Positions 45,445-50,938 of a DNA stretch of 50,938 nucleotides are shown in pieces. The notes under the pieces are model-generated. The model was not told where the DNA came from. It saw nothing but the letters and a program-made list of their open reading frames with translations, and did not search any database. Within the stretch, counting starts at the first letter, position 1. Each line of letters opens with the position of its first letter. The position numbers and the translations under genes were made by a program. Source of the stretch: a virus (lineage: Duplodnaviria > Caudoviricetes); IMG/VR virus record IMGVR_UViG_3300046740_000705, positions 1 through 50,938 of that record. One strand, written 5' to 3'.

Positions 45445-47451
45445 TCACCAGGTTACGGCTTGCGTCCAAGCGATGACGCCAGTGCGGCGCATGCCCCAGT
45501 TCATCGGCAAGATCATGCGCAGTGCCAGGCTATCGGTCTGGAACATTGACCGAACCGGCGCTGCCACGACCGGCGGTGTGCCGGCAGTGCCGATCTGCAG
45601 CGGGGTGGTGTCCTCGAAGTGCAATGTCGCCTGGTCGGAAACATCAAACCTGGGGTCGTCGCCGGTCACCGACATGAAATCGGCGGCGTCGAGCAGGATC
45701 AGCATCCCCGCCGGCACCGTCGAGGAGACGATCACCGGATAGCCCTGCAACGTCTGGCCGTTGATTTCAGCCTTGAAGGGGAAATCCCCACCCGCGTTTT
45801 GGGTCAAGCTGATGGCAACCGCCTGCACCGGGTTCATGATCCACACTGGCACCCGCAGTGAATTCGCGGCCGCCAGTACCCCGATCAGGGCTTTGATGTC
45901 GCCAACCAAGGCGTTGAACCCGCCGCCGGCGGTCGCCGCGGTGACGCTCACACCGTTGCGCAACCCAGGCGGGCGGATGCCTGACGCCGGATTGGCATCG
46001 ATCAGGATGGTGTCGACCGCGATCGACGTATCCTCCTGGATCAATTCCCGGATGATCTGCTCCGCTTGCGGGGTGCTGTGTTCGGCGATCTCCCTGGTGT
46101 AGGAGACGATGACGGCCATCTTTTTGAGGCCGAGGGTGACCGCCACGAACGCTGCTTGCCGCACCGGGATTGGCGCGCCTTCCGCAACGAACGACCCTGC
46201 CACTTGCGGCGACAATTGCCGGGTCGGCATCGAGATCTGGGCATAGCGGCCCAAGGTCGCGCGGAAGCCCCTCGACGACAGCGGACCATAGATACCGCCC
46301 GGCAACAGCGCGGCGAAATACTCGCCGTACTGGGTTTGGGCGAGTTCCGCGGCCCAGCCGACGGTGGTGGTGGTGGCCGGGGCGGTCGCGGCGCGGATGA
46401 ACCAGTCGTGCACGCCCTTGGTCTGCTCGAAGTCGCCATATTGACCGTAGCGCTCCGTCATCACCTCTGCCGGTGACCTCCGGGTGACATGCGCGATAGC
46501 CATGCAGACGCAGTGGCGGATCCACAGATAGCCGGGCTCTTCCTCCTTGCGCTTGGGGTGAGCCCACGTCGGCTTGGACGGCTGGCTGCGGGTCGCCGGC
46601 AGACCACCGCCGGGTGGGAACACTGTGGTCCGCCCGGCCGGCACTTCGACCGCCTGACTGTCATTCCCCAGGGCCCGTTCGGCGCGCACCAAGAGGGTCA
46701 GGTTTTCCTTAACCTCTTCGATACGCTCGGTAAGCTCACGCTGCTTAGTTTTGTCGTCGCCTTCCATGACGCTGACAAATTGTTCGCCCAACGACACTAG
46801 TTCGCTCTGGGCGACCTCAATCTTTTCGGAGAGCAACATTGGTTTCGACCTTAGGATGAGATCCTTTCCGGCTGGCTCGCCATGAAGCCCGCGACGCAAC
46901 AGCAGCGGTCGATCGCCATCGGCAGGCTCGCCAAAGATCAATCGCTGCGCTTCGCGGGGGATGCCTAGTTCTGCTGCCTTGCGTAGGGCATTGGCGTTGG
47001 CCGGTACGGTGACCAGCGAACACTCGACCAGCTCCTGCTCGAGGAAGCGGTAGCCGCCGACCTCAGAGTCCGGGAGCGGCTCATATTTCTTCGGGTGGAA
47101 GCCGACCGAGACGGCCCGCAGCATGCCGGCCTTGACCGCCGTCACGATGTGGAGCAGCTCCGGCGTCACCGCCTCCATCAGGTCGAGGGTGCCGACCATC
47201 TGGCCTTTTTGGATTGAAACGTCGCGCCAATTGCCGACGATGAACCTGGAGTTGTGCGCCCACAGCGCGACCGGGTTCTTATAGAAGGCCTCGAGATCCC
47301 ACCCGTCGGGCTCGATGACGTCGCCCATGCGGTCGACGCTGCCGTCACTCATGACGAAGGTCAGCGGGTCGCCGCTAGGCGACGGGGCCGCGACACTCTT
47401 ACGGATCGGCCCTTTACCGATCCTGCGGATCAGGTCCACGGCAGGCTCCAT
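45445..47451 (-). CDS. Prohead protease-major capsid protein fusion (HK97 fold); true start may be GTG at 47439
   Basis: DRMGDVI...NPV.LWAH...AVSVGF...LVECSLVTVPAN protease, then FVAEG..IP...WIMNP...LQGYPVIVS capsid motifs. Confidence 0.93.
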   Translation of the reverse strand: MEPAVDLIRRIGKGPIRKSVAAPSPSGDPLTFVMSDGSVDRMGDVIEPDGWDLEAFYKNPVALWAHNSRFIVGNWRDVSIQKGQMVGTLDLMEAVTPELLHIVTAVKAGMLRAVSVGFHPKKYEPLPDSEVGGYRFLEQELVECSLVTVPANANALRKAAELGIPREAQRLIFGEPADGDRPLLLRRGLHGEPAGKDLILRSKPMLLSEKIEVAQSELVSLGEQFVSVMEGDDKTKQRELTERIEEVKENLTLLVRAERALGNDSQAVEVPAGRTTVFPPGGGLPATRSQPSKPTWAHPKRKEEEPGYLWIRHCVCMAIAHVTRRSPAEVMTERYGQYGDFEQTKGVHDWFIRAATAPATTTTVGWAAELAQTQYGEYFAALLPGGIYGPLSSRGFRATLGRYAQISMPTRQLSPQVAGSFVAEGAPIPVRQAAFVAVTLGLKKMAVIVSYTREIAEHSTPQAEQIIRELIQEDTSIAVDTILIDANPASGIRPPGLRNGVSVTAATAGGGFNALVGDIKALIGVLAAANSLRVPVWIMNPVQAVAISLTQNAGGDFPFKAEINGQTLQGYPVIVSSTVPAGMLILLDAADFMSVTGDDPRFDVSDQATLHFEDTTPLQIGTAGTPPVVAAPVRSMFQTDSLALRMILPMNWGMRRTGVIAWTQAVTW

Positions 47452-47481
47452 CGATGGGATACGCGCGCTTCACAGCGGGCG
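47446..47481 (-). promoter_or_regulatory. Late-gene leader element, copy D
   Basis: CGC-C-CGCU-GUGA-AGCG-C-GCG ... UCCCAUCGAUGGAG. Confidence 0.7.
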
Positions 47482-47496
47482 AGGGGAGAGGATCGC

Positions 47497-47667
47497 TTAG
47501 TGGATCGGCTGCCCGAAGACACCCCAGCCGAGCAGGCCGATCAGGACGAAGAATATGAGACTGAATGGTCCGTATGGTTGGAGAGCAACCTGGTTACGCC
47601 AGTACCAGCCGCCGCCAAAAACCAGAGAGATGACATAGAGTATCCAGAACCAGACGCCTGCGCTCAT
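47497..47667 (-). CDS. small two-TM membrane protein (56 aa)
   Basis: MSAGVWFWILYVISLVFGGGWYWR...LIFFVLIGLLGWGVFGQPIH (read manually). Confidence 0.7.
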   Translation of the reverse strand: MSAGVWFWILYVISLVFGGGWYWRNQVALQPYGPFSLIFFVLIGLLGWGVFGQPIH

Positions 47668-47888
47668 GATGGTAGCCCCGCCAGTGGTGCCGCGATGCTG
47701 GCCCGCACCGCAGCGTCCTTAGCCTCCAGCAATTTGCGCAAGGCGACGGTGCGCTCCGGGTGTCGCGGCAGGGTAGTGACGAGCCGTTCCGCAAGCTCGC
47801 CAAACGGCTGGCTGATCGCCGCCAATTCCGGCGGCAGATGTGCGGTGGAGAAAAATTGCATAATCGGCTCTACCGAGGGCGTCGCCAT
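47664..47888 (-). CDS. small helical-hairpin phage protein (HLP...ALRKLLEAKDAAVRA)
   Basis: GGAGG SD; recognisable phage family motif. Confidence 0.75.
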   Translation of the reverse strand: MATPSVEPIMQFFSTAHLPPELAAISQPFGELAERLVTTLPRHPERTVALRKLLEAKDAAVRASIAAPLAGLPS

Positions 47889-47900
47889 TTACTCGCCTCC

Positions 47901-49430
47901 TCAGAAGATCATGGTTGCGACATTGGCCGGACGTTTGTGGGTGACGGCCGCGGCCCGCGCCATCGTCAACGACAGCATGCCGTCAATGCGGCCAGTCGAT
48001 CGTCCCTTGTCCAGCTTCCTATTGCCGGCGGGATCCTTCATCACCACGGCGTTCGCGGCGCACATCTTCAGCACCGGATGATTGCCGTGCGCCACCAGAC
48101 CGTTGAGCAGGTCCGATTCCAAGTCCCGGAGCGCCGGCGACATCGACTGCATGCCCTGGCCGAATTCGCAGAACCGAGTTTCGAGCTGGTGCTCGGTGAA
48201 GCCGGCCTTGACCAGCCAGGGCCGCAGGTGCACCCAACCCCAGCGGTCGAACGCTAATTTGCGGATGTCATATCGGCGAAATGCGTCTTGGAGATACGCA
48301 GCGACGAATTCATATTCGACCGACCGACCGGGCGCTGCCTGTAAGTAGCCCTGGCGATGCCACAGATCGTAGGGCACCCGGTCGGCCCTCGACTTATCGG
48401 CCAAGCCCGTGCCCGGCAGCCAGAAGGTCGGGTGGACCTGCCAGACCCGGTCGACCTCGCCGATCAACACCAACGCGGTCAGGTCCGACACTGCGCTGAG
48501 GTCCAGGCCGGCGAACACGGGCATGCCGTCGATCGGCTTCGGCTCGGCGCCGCACGACGCCCACACACTGGTCGAGACGAAGGGCGAGCTGGCTTCGACG
48601 CGCTGGTTGAGGACGAGGTTGCGATACTCGGCCTCGCGGCTGGGCATGCGCCGGGCGTCCTCGGCCATGGCCAACACTTCGTCGGCATTTTGGAATTCAC
48701 CAAATGCCGGGTTGGCCAAGCGGATGGTGGCCTCTTCGAACGGATCAGCCTCTTCCGGCGCGCTGTAGAGCGCCACGATCACTCGATCGTCGTAGCCCGC
48801 GAGTGCATCGTCGAGGAGGACCGAGAGCAGGTCGTTGTCGCGTGGCGCCTGTGTCGAAATAATGATGGTCAGGGGATTAGCTTGCGCCGCGGTGGCGGTT
48901 TCCATGGCTTCATAGAGTTGCGACCTGGGTCCACGAACCTGACCTAATTCGTCGTGCACCACCAGGACGGGCGACAGCCCGAACGCCGTCTTAGCTTCGG
49001 CCGAGAGTGCTCGGTAGACGGTGCCCATCTCCGGGCAGACCAGCTCCTTTTTGGTTTCATGGATCGCGATCGCTTCGTACAACTCCGGCGACATACGGAC
49101 GATCTTGGCGGCCAGGTCGAACAGGATCCCTGCCTGCTGCCGCGACTGCGCGGTCGAGTAAATCTGCGAATTGTACCGCGCCTCGGGGCCGCACAAATGC
49201 AGCAGCATGATGCAGGCGGCGAGTGCGGTTTTGCCGTTCTTGCGCCCGAAGCTGAGGAGGGCCCGACGCGTCCCGGCCGGATTGTCGTAGATCCGCAGCA
49301 GTTCGTGCTGTTGCCAGTCCTTCAGCTTAATCGGTCGACCGGCGAACTGGCCCTCGGGGACAAAGCAGAGGTGCTCGATCCACCAAATATTGTGAGCCCC
49401 GCGGCTCACATGTTTGGCTACATTTCCCAC
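47901..49430 (-). CDS. terL: Terminase large subunit
   Basis: GRKNGKT Walker A, VVHDEL Walker B, IIISTQ, GLDLS..DLTA, RIDG nuclease motifs. Confidence 0.96.
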   Translation of the reverse strand: MGNVAKHVSRGAHNIWWIEHLCFVPEGQFAGRPIKLKDWQQHELLRIYDNPAGTRRALLSFGRKNGKTALAACIMLLHLCGPEARYNSQIYSTAQSRQQAGILFDLAAKIVRMSPELYEAIAIHETKKELVCPEMGTVYRALSAEAKTAFGLSPVLVVHDELGQVRGPRSQLYEAMETATAAQANPLTIIISTQAPRDNDLLSVLLDDALAGYDDRVIVALYSAPEEADPFEEATIRLANPAFGEFQNADEVLAMAEDARRMPSREAEYRNLVLNQRVEASSPFVSTSVWASCGAEPKPIDGMPVFAGLDLSAVSDLTALVLIGEVDRVWQVHPTFWLPGTGLADKSRADRVPYDLWHRQGYLQAAPGRSVEYEFVAAYLQDAFRRYDIRKLAFDRWGWVHLRPWLVKAGFTEHQLETRFCEFGQGMQSMSPALRDLESDLLNGLVAHGNHPVLKMCAANAVVMKDPAGNRKLDKGRSTGRIDGMLSLTMARAAAVTHKRPANVATMIF

Positions 49431-49855
49431 GGCTTCAATTTTTGCGAGGCTTTGCGGGCGGCGCTGCCGGCGTTATCAGGGGTCAGCCGCGATTGATTAG
49501 TGAGGCGCAGTTTTGTCGCCAGCGAGATCGAGGCGCGGGTTTCGGCCTCTCGGATGATCAGGAGAGTTTTATACCGGGCCAATCCATCGTTCTGCCGCAG
49601 CCACTCGTGGTCGAACCCGTCGACCATCTCATTGACTTTGGCGATCGCCTCGCGATGCCGGCAGAAATCCGCCAAGAGGCTGCGCAACACCGCCGTGGCG
49701 AAGAAATTGGGGTCCTCAGACGCGACAATTTCGCGCCAGATTTCAGCTTGGCATTCATTAAATTCCGCCGGGGGCTCGGGCCGCTGACCGAGCCCGCCGT
49801 TAATTAATACCGGCGCGGCCTTGGCGGCGGCCGAGTTGCGTCCTCTGGTCCTCAT
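49418..49855 (-). CDS. terS: Terminase small subunit
   Basis: RGR N-terminus, P.PP......IW..IV, LATKLRLT.QSR; upstream of TerL. Confidence 0.85.
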   Translation of the reverse strand: MRTRGRNSAAAKAAPVLINGGLGQRPEPPAEFNECQAEIWREIVASEDPNFFATAVLRSLLADFCRHREAIAKVNEMVDGFDHEWLRQNDGLARYKTLLIIREAETRASISLATKLRLTNQSRLTPDNAGSAARKASQKLKPWEM

Positions 49856-50178
49856 TTACGGTTCCAGTGGTGGTTGGGATCGATCGGCGTGCCGTCGGGG
49901 CGCCAGCCGCGGATCACAAACCGCTCTTCCCGCTGGCCGGTTTTGACGACACGCTTTTTTTCGCGATGCGCCTGGTTGTCACAACGCCCGCATAGGGTCC
50001 GCAGGTTGGCCAGGGTCAACTTAAGATGCGGATGCGTGCTGCGCGGCTGGATGTGGTCGACCCGCGCCTCGCCCCGGCCGCGTACACTCACCCCGCAGTT
50101 AACGCAGCGGAATCCATCACGTTTTAGGGCTAAACCGCGGACAGCACGCCAGGCCGGAGATTGGAGAAAATTAGGCAT
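49852..50178 (-). CDS. HNH endonuclease (HK97 gp74-like packaging accessory)
   Basis: W...R...L.RD..RC..CG...VDHI.P......NL.TLC..C; DG.P.DP.H.W tail. Confidence 0.9.
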   Translation of the reverse strand: MPNFLQSPAWRAVRGLALKRDGFRCVNCGVSVRGRGEARVDHIQPRSTHPHLKLTLANLRTLCGRCDNQAHREKKRVVKTGQREERFVIRGWRPDGTPIDPNHHWNRK

Positions 50179-50211
50179 TCCTCATGCCCTGCTGACGGCA
50201 CACCCGGTCTT

Positions 50212-50223
50212 TACGCTACCGAG
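50212..50223 (-). promoter_or_regulatory. ops-like element CTCGGTAGCGTA in late leader
   Basis: 9 contiguous nt match RfaH ops GGCGGTAGCGTG; lies in a hairpin. Confidence 0.4.
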
Positions 50224-50240
50224 TTCCCGTCCTGCGAAGC

Positions 50241-50270
50241 GCTGTACCGTATATAGAACAAGGCTGTCAA
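50241..50270 (-). promoter_or_regulatory. Candidate late promoter TTGACA-N18-TACAGC
   Basis: Perfect -35 at 50265-50270 in an AT-rich gap upstream of HNH. Confidence 0.55.
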
Positions 50271-50278
50271 CGTAACCG

Positions 50279-50803
50279 CTACATATGTCCGTAGACTTTG
50301 TTGAGCGTATTCGCGTTAGGAACCTCCACCCGAACAATCCGATCGAAAATCACTGACCAAATTATTGCCTTCCCGCCTGGAGTAAGCTCGGCCAGAACCC
50401 CCATAATTTTTTGCCCTTCGATTTCGACTTCATCACCAACCTTTATGTCCTGCCGGGCGCCGCTGCCGCGCGGCACCGCCATGTCGAACTCGCCGGATCG
50501 TTCGCGTTGCTGGATTAGTTCAATATCCGTATCCGCTAGCTTCGCGATACCGGGACGCGACTTCATTAATCCAATTGCGCCTGTAATCGAGACGTCCGCG
50601 GGCCAGCCGCGCCAATCCTGGCAGAAGACCAGCCGGGCAAATAACGGCCGCATTATGATAATCGGGCGTCTATGCCGACCGTGAGGCAATAACAGCCGGC
50701 GATACCGCGGCAAGTAGGCGCGATACCCCGCTTGCAGTAATTGCCGCTCGGCGACTTCCTCGGCCGAGGTTTTGGTTTCGACGATGACCCAGGGCGGCAG
50801 CAT
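50279..50803 (-). CDS. NusG/RfaH-family transcription antiterminator (NGN + KOW)
   Basis: W.IV.T....E..A...L...GY.AYLP...PLF...VF; IKVGDEVEI KOW; IFDR..RVEV. Confidence 0.85.
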   Translation of the reverse strand: MLPPWVIVETKTSAEEVAERQLLQAGYRAYLPRYRRLLLPHGRHRRPIIIMRPLFARLVFCQDWRGWPADVSITGAIGLMKSRPGIAKLADTDIELIQQRERSGEFDMAVPRGSGARQDIKVGDEVEIEGQKIMGVLAELTPGGKAIIWSVIFDRIVRVEVPNANTLNKVYGHM

Positions 50804-50938
50804 GGCGGCACAATATACGGCGTTTCGGTCAGTTCGGGTACGCTGTCGGTTGTTTCTGGTCGGTGGGGGATTTTTTCGGCTCGCGGTATAATCCGCAGGG
50901 GGTCCGGTCGGGTTTAAGGGCGATTAGCGGAGATTCCC

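Larger units (their letters stand above)
1..50938. mobile_element. Temperate HK97-like siphovirus genome (complete or near-complete), probably infecting an alphaproteobacterium
   Basis: All modules present (lysogeny switch, integrase, replication, packaging, head, tail, lysis); no host genes; integrase and attP-like site lie internally. Confidence 0.93.

Noticed and set aside
30272-47481. Leader GAUGGA as a conserved upstream start codon, or as a CsrA site
   Set aside because: The ATG is in frame only for the capsid gene; ANGGA overlaps any GGAG SD by default and no CsrA-like gene is present
1-50938. tRNA, rRNA, tmRNA genes, IS elements, DNA polymerase, methyltransferase
   Set aside because: None recognised by eye; a tRNAscan/cmscan/HMM run would be needed to exclude them formally

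Overview
The window looks like a complete or near-complete ~51 kb temperate siphovirus genome. It is GC-rich, has an HK97-type head and a long non-contractile tail, and contains no host housekeeping genes. An alphaproteobacterial host is inferred from GcrA-like and GapR-like genes and the promoter style. Layout: three small + strand genes plus a membrane gene, punctuated by paired TGTAGTGGTG repeats (49-1214). A leftward early/replication arm follows (1164-11974: many small accessory ORFs, AAA_25 helicase, CHC2-Toprim primase, RuvC-like and PD-(D/E)XK nucleases, GapR-like protein, Cro-like protein). Next come a divergent repressor (12192) and a rightward arm (DGQHR-like protein, Xis-like protein, tyrosine integrase, apparently intact attP, HIRAN, Gp3/RDF-like and GcrA-like proteins). 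The leftward late operon (23564-50803) runs from a NusG paralog through HNH, terminase, protease-capsid fusion, portal, neck/tail genes, tape measure protein with an M15 peptidase and a tail fibre with an autocleaving chaperone, to the lysis genes. The most notable unexplained signals are non-coding: (1) a covarying GNRA-hairpin/UCC...GAUGGA leader repeated in front of four late structural genes; (2) a ~480-nt densely base-paired, pseudoknotted candidate large RNA next to the helicase; (3) an ops-like element in the late leader right behind the phage NusG paralog; (4) the paired TGTAGTGGTG repeats. All family assignments come from motif recognition by eye, not database searches.
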